From the NCBI GenBank assembly GCA_051362555.1, contig CM120647.1, forward strand, positions 5,580,001-5,644,000: 64,000 bases of DNA, read 5' to 3'. The translations under genes were made by a program, and so were the position numbers. The notes beneath the pieces are model-generated. The model saw only the letters and a list, made by a program, of their open reading frames with translations. It had not been told where the DNA came from and searched no databases. Position 1 is the first letter of the stretch, and every line of letters starts with the position of its first letter. Source of the stretch: Lingula anatina. Lineage: Eukaryota; Animalia; Brachiopoda. Below, one piece after another: positions 1 to 12,098 of this stretch.

Positions 1-318
1 CACTTAAATGCACTTTTACTTATTTCAAACGTTTCAATATCCAACGGATAGTGGTTATTAACAGAAATCAACGACAAAATACGGATAAAATATTCGCTGA
101 AACCAACGATTTGAATAGACATTTATTCACATGACATCATAAAGATAGACAACACTGCACGCCAACAGAATCAGACGCCTTTAATACTTCACTTAATACT
201 TCACTTCATACTACATCAAGATAAAAAGGATACTTTAAATATAACTCGCTCTCGTTCTCTCTCTATCTCTCTCTCTTTTTCTTTCCTCTCTGTGTGTTTG
301 TTGTTGTTGTTGTCGATG

Positions 319-352
<34 letters not shown>

Positions 353-374
353 ATACATGCGTGCGTGCTCTTAC

Positions 375-3274
375 CGTTACCTCTTTTCTCCGCCTCTATG
401 TCAATGGCTTTGTCGTTTACCTTTTCAGCTCTATACCCTCTATACCCTATATAAAGAAATAATTGTTTAATAGTATCTTGCCCGTGACCAAAATAACAGC
501 AATGGCATATCTCCCCAAACTTTATTCACTTGAAAATATACCGCTTGTATTTTAAGATGTACCGAAGTCATATATACGTCTAATTATCTCACCAAACAAA
601 AACTATTTTCCAAATTAGAGCTTCAAACGAAAAAACAACAACAAAATAGTACCTGGTACAATAATTTTTGTCTGCATAGTCAAGAAGACAAGGCGGTTTA
701 AATGAATCATAATATACTTAGAACTATTTTTTCATCAGGCTTGCTATAAATTTCTCAGTTGGAAAGAGTTTTTTCTTCGTCTACTTACCGTACCTATACG
801 GATACCCTGAAAGAAAACATGTAGGTTGCAATTGAATGTGTTTTCTGTTACCATAATAAAAATGGCGATAATAAAAGCGTATGGTCACAGGATTTTTGAG
901 ATTGCATCGCCAACTTTGTCATCCAATGTATTTTAACAAATCAAATGTCTCTAAATGGCTCTTATTATTATTATTATTATTATTATTTTTTTTTTTTTTT
1001 TTTATTGTCAATAATATCAGAAATATCAATCATCATACAGCATTTCGTTAACATACATAAAATATATACAGTGGGAAATAAGCACAATGTGAGGAGGTCA
1101 CTGAAACACTTTACCCAACAAATTCCATCGTTCAGTATATTCTACATATTTTCCATTACTTATATATATGTATTTTTCCATTTCGAAATAGTTTTTTAGT
1201 TTATTTTGTAGACCTTGAAAATCTAATCTTTTTTCATTCATTCTTTTTCCATATATATAATACTTCGTTACCAGTATGAGTATATTAATGGCTGCACATT
1301 TTGTATCGTTTTTCAAAAACAATATATCTGCTAAAGAAAAATTAATATTCAAGAGTGCTTTCTCATTTATCAAGTTTTTTAAATCTTCCCATAACGGTTG
1401 AACCAAATCACAATAAAAGAACAAATGTTCAATGCTTTCATTTTCCTTTTCACAGAAAGAACACAATGAGCTATCTTTAACCTTAATTCTTTTAAGAAAT
1501 TCATTTGTTGCAATAATTCTATGTACTATTCTATATTGAAACCATATTAAAGTCGTATCTTTCGTAAAGTAGAATATATTTTTATTTATCATAGTCCAGT
1601 CTAAGTTTTCATCAATATTTATTTTCATCTCCCATTTAGCCTCAGTTGCCGGTTTACAATACGCATTACTAATCAATATGTCATATATTGACCGCGATCC
1701 CTTAGATTCTTTACAGATTATTTCTATAAATTTAGGTCTGTAGGGTAGCGCCAATTTGACGTTTTCTTCCCTTAGCTGTGGCCACCGTTGTGTAATTGCA
1801 GTCTTAACTCCGAGAAATAATGTAAATGGGCATTTAATGTCATACTGGGAACTAAATGATTCGAAAGAATGCGGTTTTCCACTATTTTCAAACAGGTCAT
1901 TTACTATATTTACACCCCTGTCATTCCAAGACTTAAAATAAATATCATTATTATCTACCCTCACCTCTGAACTATTCCATATAGGCTTTTTCAAAATATC
2001 TTTCAAATTATCTGAACTTGAGATATCTCTTTTAAACTCCGCGAGATAAAGAACGATTTCTTTCCAAAAATAATTGGTCATGTTTTCCGCGCACCTAACC
2101 AAGTATAAGTCTCCCCGATCAATAAGTCGATTTATATTAATATTTTGTGTATCTATCATAAGTCTAACCCAATCTGTGTCATTTTTTGTCATAAGTTTCC
2201 TTATCCAAGTTAATTTTAAGCTTTTTATAAACGTTTCTATGTCAATCATTCGACAGCCTCCACATTCTATTGGTTGAATAAGCACCTTCCTAGCTATCCT
2301 ATCCCTTTTATTTTTCCAAACAAATTTAAAAAGCGCGTTTTCCAATCTCTTTATCGTTTCATCTTTTGGTTTAGGTAAGGAAATAAATAAGTGAGTAAAT
2401 TTGGATAAAAGTAAAGTTTTCGTTACTGTAATTTTTCCCAAAGGGGTTAAATTTCTCCTATTCCAACACGTTATTTCCTTTTCAACTTCCAATAATCTAT
2501 CCGAGTAATTTAAGTCTTCAATATTATTATTATTTTAAAAAATTAAGAACCATCTTATTTATAGTATATTTTGATTAAATATATCTTTTAGTTTTTAATA
2601 ACTTTTATAATTTGGTTTTTATTTGAACTGTGTAATTTTAGTTTTATATACATATGTAAACAGCGCTGAGACGCTTGTGTGGTGCGGTTTTAAGAAATAG
2701 ATTATTATTATTATACAACTATTCATTTTAATAATATAAATTCACGTTCATGTGTTTGCCTATATGTTTCAATACTAAGTGTCTGCAGGTACTGTAGGTG
2801 TTATGTTTGGTCACCGTAATATCCGCCATATCTCTTTACTTCGTCTTCACCCTCACTGGCGGCGACTTCTTGGTCTTCTAGCACTGGAATTAAGCAAGTA
2901 TTTTATTACTCAAGAAAACTGTTAGATTGGAATCATTACCTAGATATTTAAAATCTGATTATTTTAGCAATATCTTAGATAACACACCGAAACTCATATA
3001 TATCAAAAGCCCACACACAAGTTCGCATAAAAAAGCGCAAATGCGGGTAGACACAATCACACTTATACCAAATCAAAAGATCAAACTAAAACGCAAATGT
3101 GCAAGCACACACACCCAAAATCAAGAATACCTAAAAAAAAAACCAAAGATACAAACTTAGACACACACACAAAACACACACACACACTGTTTTCTTACCT
3201 GTCTCTCCCAATACTCCTACATACATAATAACCAGCCCACAAACGAGGAAGAAAAGAAGAAGTGGATTCTTCAT
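375..3274 (-). CDS. Gene A (3'-partial): secreted Gly/Tyr/Arg-rich, KR-processed repeat peptide precursor; micro-exon gene
   Basis: Exons with GT/AG boundaries: 3199-3274 (MKNPLLLFFLVCGLVIMYVGVLGET, signal-peptide-like), 2815-2883 (VLEDQEVAASEGEDEVKRYGGYY), 789-806 (GYPYRY), 375-446 (GYRGYRAEKVNDKAIDIEAEKRGN). All introns are phase 1. Bases 1-300 match the gene C intron at ~22837-23150, so the gene continues left of the window. Confidence 0.8.
962..2530 (-). mobile_element. 5'-truncated L1/Tx1-clade non-LTR retrotransposon in intron 2 of gene A
   Basis: Absent at the paralogous sites (~11150, ~23815). Minus-strand AATAAA at ~1001-1006 is followed by poly(A) and (TAA)n. Both sides are flanked by TATTATTATT-type sequence consistent with a target-site duplication. 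Confidence 0.9.
1098..2522 (-). CDS. C-terminal part of LINE ORF2 (post-RT region plus zf-RVT CCHC zinc finger), 5'-truncated
   Basis: Uninterrupted frame IEDLNYSDRLLEVEKEITCWNRRNLTPLGKITV...FVWKNKRDRIARK...GGC...CSFCEKENESIEHLFFYC; these motifs are typical of L1/Tx1 ORF2 C-termini. No endonuclease or RT core is present. Confidence 0.88.
   Translation of the reverse strand: MEDLNYSDRLLEVEKEITCWNRRNLTPLGKITVTKTLLLSKFTHLFISLPKPKDETIKRLENALFKFVWKNKRDRIARKVLIQPIECGGCRMIDIETFIKSLKLTWIRKLMTKNDTDWVRLMIDTQNININRLIDRGDLYLVRCAENMTNYFWKEIVLYLAEFKRDISSSDNLKDILKKPIWNSSEVRVDNNDIYFKSWNDRGVNIVNDLFENSGKPHSFESFSSQYDIKCPFTLFLGVKTAITQRWPQLREENVKLALPYRPKFIEIICKESKGSRSIYDILISNAYCKPATEAKWEMKINIDENLDWTMINKNIFYFTKDTTLIWFQYRIVHRIIATNEFLKRIKVKDSSLCSFCEKENESIEHLFFYCDLVQPLWEDLKNLINEKALLNINFSLADILFLKNDTKCAAINILILVTKYYIYGKRMNEKRLDFQGLQNKLKNYFEMEKYIYISNGKYVEYTERWNLLGKVFQ
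2560..2712 (+). repeat. Old LINE/SINE-like 3' tail remnant ending in (ATT)n, copied with the gene array
   Basis: tgtaaacagcgctgagacgcttgtgtggtgcggttttaagaaatagattattatt resembles L2/CR1-type 3' ends. Related copies occur at ~9680-9820, ~11190-11330, ~20370-20500 and ~22100-22260. Confidence 0.4.
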
Positions 3275-3344
3275 AGCTAAATTGCGATCGGTTGTCGCCA
3301 CGTCTGTGATTTTACAAGCAGTGTCCGTTTATCGGTCAAAGTAA

Positions 3345-3397
3345 AATGAGCTGCTGGCTGATATTCGCGGCTTTTATATCATTTGGAGTCACGCCCA
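3345..3397 (-). promoter_or_regulatory. Core promoter of gene A: TATAAAA, Inr-like TCATTT and GGGCGTG (Sp/KLF-type) box
   Basis: TATAAAA at 3372-3378 lies 31 nt from the Inr-like A at 3347. GAGTCACGCCC at ~3386-3396 is conserved in B, C and D. Confidence 0.7.
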
Positions 3398-3443
3398 CCT
3401 CTCTGTCACAACTTTAATGAGAGTGTGGAGCTGGGCAATGACA

Positions 3444-3834
3444 GGGTTCCCATACCTAGATCGGTCTAACTGGATAGATCCATCTCCGAGAGGTTTATCG
3501 CTAAATTGCTTTCACCTTAAGCGGCTTCGATATTTGCGGCACACCTACTGAGGCTGCTAAATAATAATTAATTATTATCCTCTACCAGGGTCGCAGTTAT
3601 ATTTGTGGACATTTTTGGTAGAATCGACATCAGACCAAAATGACTTTCTATTTTTCTAAAGACATATCGGTATCGATGAATATCTTTGGAAAATCAATAT
3701 ATCGCCCTGGTGATAAATTACCCCCTAGCAGCTTCAGTAGGCGTAACAGACATCTAAGCTTCATAAGTTGATTTCAAGTTAGTGAGAATCTCCTCGGAGA
3801 TAGATTGATCCACAGTATGTACAGGCATGGTCCC
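3444..3834. mobile_element. Palindromic MITE-like element just upstream of gene A promoter (copies ~12144-12533 and ~24689-25083)
   Basis: Imperfect inverted repeats (cccatacctagatcg.../tctccgagag...ctcctcggaga; ctaccaggg...ccctggt). Shares the agatcgatc-rich termini of the TTA-flanked MITEs elsewhere in the window. Confidence 0.6.
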
Positions 3835-4507
3835 TAAATGAAGTCGTTTATCATCATTAAAGCGGGACAACCGTAGAGGAGAGACCCACCTTGGGATATA
3901 ATCAACTATGATATAGAGAGTGACCGGACAAGATATTTTTGTGCGCGGTGACTTCGATTACATTCAGCAATTTTTCTCATCATGTAAACAGAGTTCAAAA
4001 AAGGCTTTAAAAACGGCTGTTGAATATTTCGGAAGAGGCAGCTAGGTGGTTTAATTTATTAATTCCCGTTTTCTACGACGATGGTTTTAGAAGTACAGTC
4101 ATGTATACATCACTATTTAAGAACCATGAGCGACTGTTTTATTTAAAACAGAAGAAAATAACACAGTTGTCCTGAAAACCCGATAGTTCCAAAAGTTTCT
4201 TCCGTCTCAATTCAGAGGCATTTTTATAATGCAAACCTAATTTGCGTTATGTCGGTCCTGTATATCATCATACTATCAGTTTACACATTAATCAGGTGAT
4301 GCGATAATATTTTACCCGGTATGTCATTTAATAAACATGCATATTTCCTTTTGTGGTATATAAACTGTATTGTTAACATTGGAACTCATCCTTAGTTCAT
4401 ATGCACCAGTAGTGTTGTCAAAACAATTTAATGTAAAACAAGCAAGAAAAAAATTCAAGCGTTATCTTTGCTGAGAGAGAGAGAGAGAGAGGGAAGAGAG
4501 AGACCCT

Positions 4508-4563
<56 letters not shown>

Positions 4564-4899
4564 CACTGATAATCTCCGACAACTTTCCTGGACACATTTT
4601 CATCCCAAACAGGTAAATCAATGCCACAATGAAGTTACGCCACTGTGTCATTAATACCCCCCCTCTCCGCGTTATGAAGGTGTCGATTACGTCACTATCA
4701 AATTAACACCACCTATCCCGCTCAGGTGACTTCATTATGTGCCAAAGGCAACGACAGGGGGTGGTATCACAGTCTGTATGAAATGTGACTGGGAATTTTA
4801 ATGCTGTGAGATGTGAGAATGTGAGAAAGGAAAACGCCCAGAGGTATGTGCGAATTCGAGAATTTGACTCCTCAAACATTAATAAAGATTTAAAGAAAA

Positions 4900-5322
4900 C
4901 TGAAAAGCATGCCGAAAGCGCAGGCCCCCACCAAAGCAGTTCAGTTCTAACTGTTATTTATTAATCAGTTTCTCAATAATTGATTTAGCTTAATTATCAT
5001 TATTATTTATTATTTTCTTATTTACTCATTGATCAGCAATTTTTTCACAATTTACCAATTAATTCTTTCACTGATCCAACACCAAAATCTAAACTATTCC
5101 TTACCTGTTCGGAGAATTTTACCAAAATCTCTCAACAATTTTTGCATATTGATGCTTATGGACACACAACCAAATGAATTAACTAATTAATATTTAACCA
5201 CTCCCAACAGTTTCTGAAAATCTCACCAAATTACGTCCAGAAATTTTTTTTCGTGATTTTGCCAACAAAGAAGCAGATAAAGGGAACCAAACATATAAAG
5301 TGACCTCCTTGGCAAAAGCAAT
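4900..5322 (+). mobile_element. Degenerate short interspersed element (Helentron-associated/HINE-like); copies ~13650-14075 and ~26200-26620
   Basis: Starts ...gaaagcgcaggcccccaccaaagc and ends ...gacctccttggcaaaagcaa. This resembles the widespread 'gcgcagacctccgccaagg...aacctccttggcggaggtaa' repeat type; the family assignment is tentative. Confidence 0.4.
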
Positions 5323-6179
5323 TATAATGTAGAAAAGAAAAACCTTTTTATTTAAAGAACATTTTACTTTACTTTTATCTTTTTGTTTTAATTTTGTAAT
5401 GTTAGTTTTTAATTTATCTTAAATAGTGTATGTAAATATTTAAATTAAAATATGTAAATTATTTAAAGCGCCCCATCTACTTTGACACTGTAAAAATACG
5501 ATACGATTTGTCAGAGATTTCGAAGGGAAAGTCTATTAGACATGTCCTGCAGAAAAAGAAAAACAAACAAACACAGAATGTGTATTTCTAAGCAGCAATA
5601 AAGACACTAAAAAAGGGAATAAAGAATGCAAATATTATGTAGTCTCTACGTGCTCGAAAGAACCTTTTTTTTTTTTTGCAACCACTAACGCGTTCACTTC
5701 TACACCATTCAAAATAAAACACTGAAACTATTGACGGGAAATTATTATATATTTTCCATTCAACTGGCGGCAAAGGTGAATTTTCTATTAAGAATTAACG
5801 ATTACATGGACGACTATTTTGATCGGTAAGGCATACTATGCACGTTAGATCATTAGATGAAAAATACCGAATATCACGGATACAGCATAGCAAAACAAAA
5901 TGACGAACAATGACAATATTGACAATATAAATATATATTTAAAAAACTCATATTATTTAAAATTACACTTAAGGTATGTATTATGGCTTAGGCTCTAAAG
6001 TTAACTTTCCTGAGGATTTCAACAATTAGTTGTCAGTCACAAAAATACTTCCTATACGAGATTGTTGCATTATTTTAATGGGTAGGAGCACACACAGCAT
6101 CTATACCATTCAACTATCACACACTTTTAACATATCTGGCTTTCGAACAAATTGGAAAAGAAATAAGAAACACAAGATA

Positions 6180-6805
6180 CATTTACACTATATTGCTATT
6201 TATTGACTGTTTAACTGCTTGCTTTTCAGATATCGTTTGATAAGAAAACGAAGTTAGAGCATCAATTTAACAGTATAAGGATCATATTTTAAAACAAAAT
6301 GGATTGTTTTAATTCTACAAAAACGTTAATCACTTTATACTATTACTAATTGCGATCTAAAAGGATCGAAAACACCATCAAAACATGTCCAGTGACCAAA
6401 GCAGACTGTCTGGATGTCATGATTATAACTTCTGCTCTGTGGTGATATTAATGACCAATGAAGGTCGCATTACCCAAAGTTACTTCATTTCTTGTATTTA
6501 TATATATATCAGAAAAAGAGGGCTTCACTTTCCATTTTTATAAAACGACATGATGTACATTAATTACACGTTGCCCATGCCTACGATGGTCAGTTGTTTG
6601 TTCTTAGTAGTTCAAAATCTGTTTGCGATGAGATATGTTGAGAAAAGGACCAGTTGGATGAAAAATACGCAAATATGTTTATATTACACCAATCAAATCA
6701 CTGATTTTCTTTTCATCTCCGGCACGATCTTGTACCAATCCAGGTTGACTCTTGCAGGAAAGCGGAAGTCACGTGTTGGAAGGATAGTGTGCCCAGATGA
6801 TACAA
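6180..6805 (-). other. Non-coding last exon (3' UTR) of gene B with poly(A) signal
   Basis: Acceptor tttcgtctttcag|TTGTATCATCTGG at 6805 is conserved at 15553 (C), 27980 (D) and 40300 (E). AATAAA at 6199-6204 lies in a context conserved in all four genes. Confidence 0.65.
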
Positions 6806-7122
6806 CTGAAAGACGAAAGAGGAATAAATAAATAAATAAGTAAATAAATATAGATAAATTAACTGTTTTTGTCTGCAGGTCATTTTGCCAAACAGACAGT
6901 TAAGATTTAATAACTTTAACGTACATGTACAGGTGATGTGCACAAAGATTGGAATGAAAATATTTAAATTAATCTTTTCTTTCAGAGAGAGTTTATGGTA
7001 ATTCAACATCAACGCAACTTTCAGAGTAATATTTTATCTACGCAAGATCACATTTAGTCTGAATTGCATAATTTTACACAGTGACTTCATGCTATTTACG
7101 TACGTTCTTTACCTCTTTACCG

Positions 7123-10100
7123 TTAAAGATCCAGGAGTCTTTTAAGTAGGTTGATATTGGCATCTTCACCTGAAAGCAAAGTCATACAAAGTTATATTAA
7201 AATATCGAAGTAGGTATGCAGACACATAATTACTGAAGCGGCTTCTGTAAACTTAGATGATAAACGAAAGTCAGAAGTGTCCACCTGCCATAAAAACTGT
7301 TTGCAAATGAATTTTATCACTAATTCAAGTTTCTAACTATAAAAAAACTGTTCGCATGCGTGTGTTCTTACCGTAACCTCTTCGGTTCAGTTCGTCGTCG
7401 GTCTCACCGTCGAACACCCGCTGGGTTTTATACCCTGAAATGGGACGACAAAAATCAATGCAATGCTTTTTTCTGTTACAAATATGGGACCAAATATGGG
7501 TGCATTTTTAAGAATTAAAATACAGAAAGATACAGTTTCCATGCAGTTAATTTCCCATTGTGTATTTTTTCTATGTTTATTCATTATATCATTACTTTCC
7601 CCTAAGGCCCAAGTGTATGTGCCTGTGAGCTGTGATTGGTCAGTCGTCACATGTGTACATGTATGTTTGTGTGTTACCTCCGAAACGCCGTTTATCGTCG
7701 TTAATCCTCTGTGCTCTATACCCTGAAATTGAGCAGGCATAGTAATAATAATAATAATAATAATAATCGTTTTATTTCCTTGGAACTTTTCGATGATTGT
7801 GCATTTTCATAAAATAGAGGTTTTCTATATAAAAAATTACACGTTCGCATATAACCATTGCTTTTTTATTTTTCAATTGTTCTTTTTATGTTGTTTATAT
7901 TTTAATGCACATTTCGATATCACAGGTCGTCCTAGTATAACATGTTACAAAATTATGTTTGAACTGAGCAATAGCAACACTAATGGTCAGAAAATACTTT
8001 GAAGGCATTTTTGCTCGAATTTTCATTTCTTAATGCATCTGAATTCCAAATGCAAGCTTTAAAGTACATAGATTAAACTGCCATCGCAATGTCCTTCTGA
8101 ACCGTAGATCTTTGAAAGGTCCAAGACAAATATAATTGAGAGATATTTTCGTCTATATTATACAAGATTAGAGGCTACAATGTCAGATTGTATTACGAAT
8201 GTTTTTTCGGAAGGTGCGTATCTTGTTAATCTCAAGAAGGCAGTGGGTTCTAAATGATCGGCAACTAATTAATTTTTAAATAATTATTATTAAAAATTGT
8301 AAAAAAAAAAAAAAAACATCGACTTAACTGCACCAATAAAGAATTGAAAATTGCAGATACAGGTATTTGCTTTTTTCTAGAGAAAAAATCCGTTTTGGCG
8401 CGAAGAGCACGGTAACAAGGACCTCTTAAGGATACTTATAAATATAGCTCTTTGAGTGCTGATGTTGTTGTAGTTTCTGTTTGTATATGTGTTTTTATCC
8501 ATGCAAGTGTGCTTTTACTTTTACCTCTTTTTTCTGTTTCTATGTCGGTGGATTTGTCAGTTCCCTTTTCAGCTCTATACCCTCTATACCCTAAATAAAA
8601 ATGATAATTGTTTTGTAGTATCTTGCCCGGCACCAAATAACAACAATGGAATATCTCTCCAAACTTTATTCACTCGAAAGTATATCGTTTTTGTTTTAAG
8701 ATATACCAAAGACATATATTTCTTCGCCTAATCATCACACCAACCAAAAATTATTCTTCAAATCAGACCTTCACTAAAATAAACATAGCAAAAACAGTAA
8801 CTAGTTATTTTTCGCTGCAAAGACAAGAATACACCGCGGTTTAAATGAGTCGTAACACGGTAAGATTTTTTTCTTTAAAAATGCTACAAAACAGCTATCA
8901 CAAATGAGGGAACGGATGGAGCAATGATTTTTCAGCAGGACAATGCACTTTCTTCGTCTACTCACCGTGCCCATATCCTGAAACAAATAAGGAGGTTCCA
9001 AATTTATATTTCGTCTGTTATCATAATAAAAACGGCGATGGTCACAGGCCTTTTGAGACTTCAACACCAACTTTGTGATACAATTTAATTACCAAACTAA
9101 ATGTCTTTTAATGACTCTGACCTTTTTTTTAGATTAAAAATCTTTTTAAATCCGAGCAATTCAGTCTACCGAACATTTTAAAAAAGAACTCAAAACATAC
9201 CTTTTTAGGAAATAATTGGTTTTATAAATCTTGTATTAATTGCATTTAATCGTATGGATTAATGGCTGTTTTACCTAGATTTTATTTATAATATTTTATG
9301 TAGTATCATTTATGATATTTTATGTAAAGTCTACTGAACATTTAAAATGGATTTTAGACTTAAAATAAATTTATTATTATTATTTATTATTAATTTAAAG
9401 TTTATTTTCATCAACTGTATCCGGGAAATGATTTCTCAGTAGGAAAATGCACTTTCTTCGTCTACTTACGGTAACACCTTCGTCTACTTACCGTAATATC
9501 CTGAAACAAATAAGTAGGTTCCAAATTAATATTTTGGCTGTTACCATAATAAAAACGTGTGGTCACAGGATTTTTGAGACTTCAACACCAACTGTGTGAT
9601 CCGGTTTTATTACCAAACAAAACGTCTTTTAATGACTTTTAATGACCTTTTTTTAAATTGAAAACCTTTTAATTAAAAGTATATTTTGATCAATTGTATC
9701 CTTTAGTTTTTAATTACTTTTATAACTTAGTTTTTAATTCATCTGTGCAGTTTTAGTTTTATATACATGTACATATGCCGAGACGCATTTAAGAAATAAG
9801 TTATTATCGTTATTATTATAAAATCATTCATTTTGATTATATCTGTTCACGTTCATGTGCTTGTGTGTGTGTTTCGATGATTAATAACTGCAAATATTGT
9901 AGGTGTAATGTTTGGTCACCGTAAAATCTCTTCATTTTGTCTTTTTCATCACTGTCGTCGACGTCTTGGTCGTCTAAAACAGAAATTAAGCAAGCATTTT
10001 GCTATTCAAGAAACTGTTTGATAGACATCTTTACCCAAGTAATTTAATTCAGGAAAATTTTAAAGTAACAATTAGATAACGCACCTAACTTCATATATTT

Positions 10101-10487
10101 AATTAAGCCTAAAATATCATTTTTTTACTTACATAAATCTTTAACTATATTAAACGTTACTCTGTCCAACGGACATTTTCATTTGTCAAGTGGTCATTAA
10201 CAGAAATTAAAGACAAAAGACGGAAACGATATGGATGGGCCTTCATTACAATGACGTCATAAAGACAGACAACAATGCACTCCAACAGAATCCCACGCCT
10301 TTAAAGACATAACTGAAATACTTCACTTCATACTGCATCAAGATAAAACATCAACTTCTAGTGCACAGATTCATCGAACAAAAAAGAGACAGTACCAGAA
10401 ATTAGCTTTTTTTCTCGCGGAAAATTCGTTTTGATGCGAAGAGCAAGATCACAAAGATCTTATAAGGATACTTTTAAGTATAACTCT

Positions 10488-10531
<44 letters not shown>

Positions 10532-11974
10532 ATACATGCGTGCGTGCTCTTACCGTTACCTCTTTTCTCCGCCTCTATGTCAGTGGCTTTGTCGTTTACC
10601 TTTTCAGCTCTATACCCTCTATACCCTAGATAAAGAAATAATAATTGTTTAATAGTATCTTGCCCGTGACCAAAATAACAGCAATGGAATATCTCCCCAA
10701 ACTTTATTCACTTGAAAATATACCGTTTGTATTTTAAGATGTGCCAGAGTCATATATTCCTACGTCTAATTATCTCACCAAACAAAATCTATTTTCCAAA
10801 CCAGAGATTTAAACGAAAAAAACAACAACAAAATATTACCTGGTGTAATCACTTTTGTCTGCATAGTCAAGAAGTCAAGGCGGTTTAAATGAATCATAAT
10901 ATACTTAGAACTATTTTTTCATCAGGCTTGCTATAAATTTCTCAGTTGGAAAGAGTTTTTTCTTCGTCTACTTACCGTACCTATACGGATACCCTGAAAG
11001 AAAACATGTAGGTTGCAATTGAATGTGTTTTCTGTTACCATAATAAAAATGGCGATAATAAAAGCGTATGGTCACAGGATTTTTGAGATTGCAACGCCAA
11101 TTTTGTGATCCAATTTTATTAACAAATCAAATGTCTCTAAATGGCTCTCATTATTATTTTTAAAAAATTAAAAACCATCTTATTTATAGTATATTTTGAT
11201 TAAATATATCTTTTAGTTTTTAATAACTTTTATAATTTGTTTGTTTTTTATTTATGTTTTATATACATATGTAATCAGCGCTGAGACGCTTGTGTGGTGC
11301 GGTTTTAAGAAATAGATTATTATAATTATACAACTATTCATTTTAATAATATAAATTCACGTTCATGTGTTTGCCTATATGTTTCAATATTAAGTGTTTG
11401 CAGGTACTGTAGGTGTTACGTTTGGTCACCGTAATATCCGCCATATCTCTTTACTTCGTCTTCAGTCTCACTGGCGGCGACTTCTTGGTCTTCTAGCACT
11501 ATTATATTATATTATATTATATTATATTATATTATATTATATTATATTATATTATATTATATTATATTATATTATATTATATTATAATTAAGCAAGTATT
11601 TTATTATTCAAGAAAACTCAGATTGAAATCATTACCTAGATATTTAAAATCTGATTATTTTAGCAATATCTTAGATAACACACAGAAACTCATATATATT
11701 TAAGACCCCACACACGCTCACACAAACAAGCACAAATACGGGTAGACACAACCACACACATAACAAATCAAAAGATCAAAATAAAACGCAAATGTGCAAG
11801 CACACACATATACACACCCAAAATCAAGAATACCTAAAAACAAAACAAAGATACAAACTTAGACACACACACAAAACACACACACACTGTTTTCTTACCT
11901 CTCTCTCCCAATACTCCTACATGCATAATAACCAGCCCACAAACTAGGAAGAAAAGAAGAAGTGGATTCTTCAT
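7123..11974 (-). CDS. Gene B: secreted KR-processed Gly/Tyr/Arg-rich repeat peptide precursor (~178 aa, 11 coding exons)
   Basis: Exons: 11899-11974 (signal MKNPLLLFFLVCGLVIMHVGVLGER), 11430-11498, 10976-10993 (18 nt), 10554-10625, 9920-9973 (shifted acceptor), 9492-9500 (9 nt), 8966-8977 (12 nt), 8519-8590, 7678-7722, 7372-7434, 7123-7169 (GEDANINLLKRLLDL*). All internal exons are multiples of 3, phase 1-1, and join without a stop. Confidence 0.8.
11501..11586. repeat. (ATTAT)n pentanucleotide microsatellite at the exon-2 acceptor of gene B (also 24068-24126 in gene C)
   Basis: Directly visible; absent from gene A at 2884-2890. Confidence 0.95.
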
Positions 11975-12044
11975 AGCTAAATTCCGATCGGTTGTCGCCA
12001 CGTCTGTGATTTTACAAGCAGTGTCCGTTTATCGGTCAAAGTAA

Positions 12045-12098
12045 AATGAGCTGCTGGCAGATATTCGCGGCTATTATATCATTTGGGAGTCACGCCCA
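12045..12098 (-). promoter_or_regulatory. Core promoter of gene B (TATAATA variant, Inr-like, GGGCGTG)
   Basis: Aligns with the gene A promoter; TATA at 12072-12078 reads TATAATA. Confidence 0.6.

Noticed and set aside
6550-7012. Repeated ~90-140-aa ORFs (also 15297-15760 and 27780-28199)
   Set aside because: They overlap the last intron and 3' UTR of the paralogues. They recur because of segmental duplication and show frameshifts between copies.
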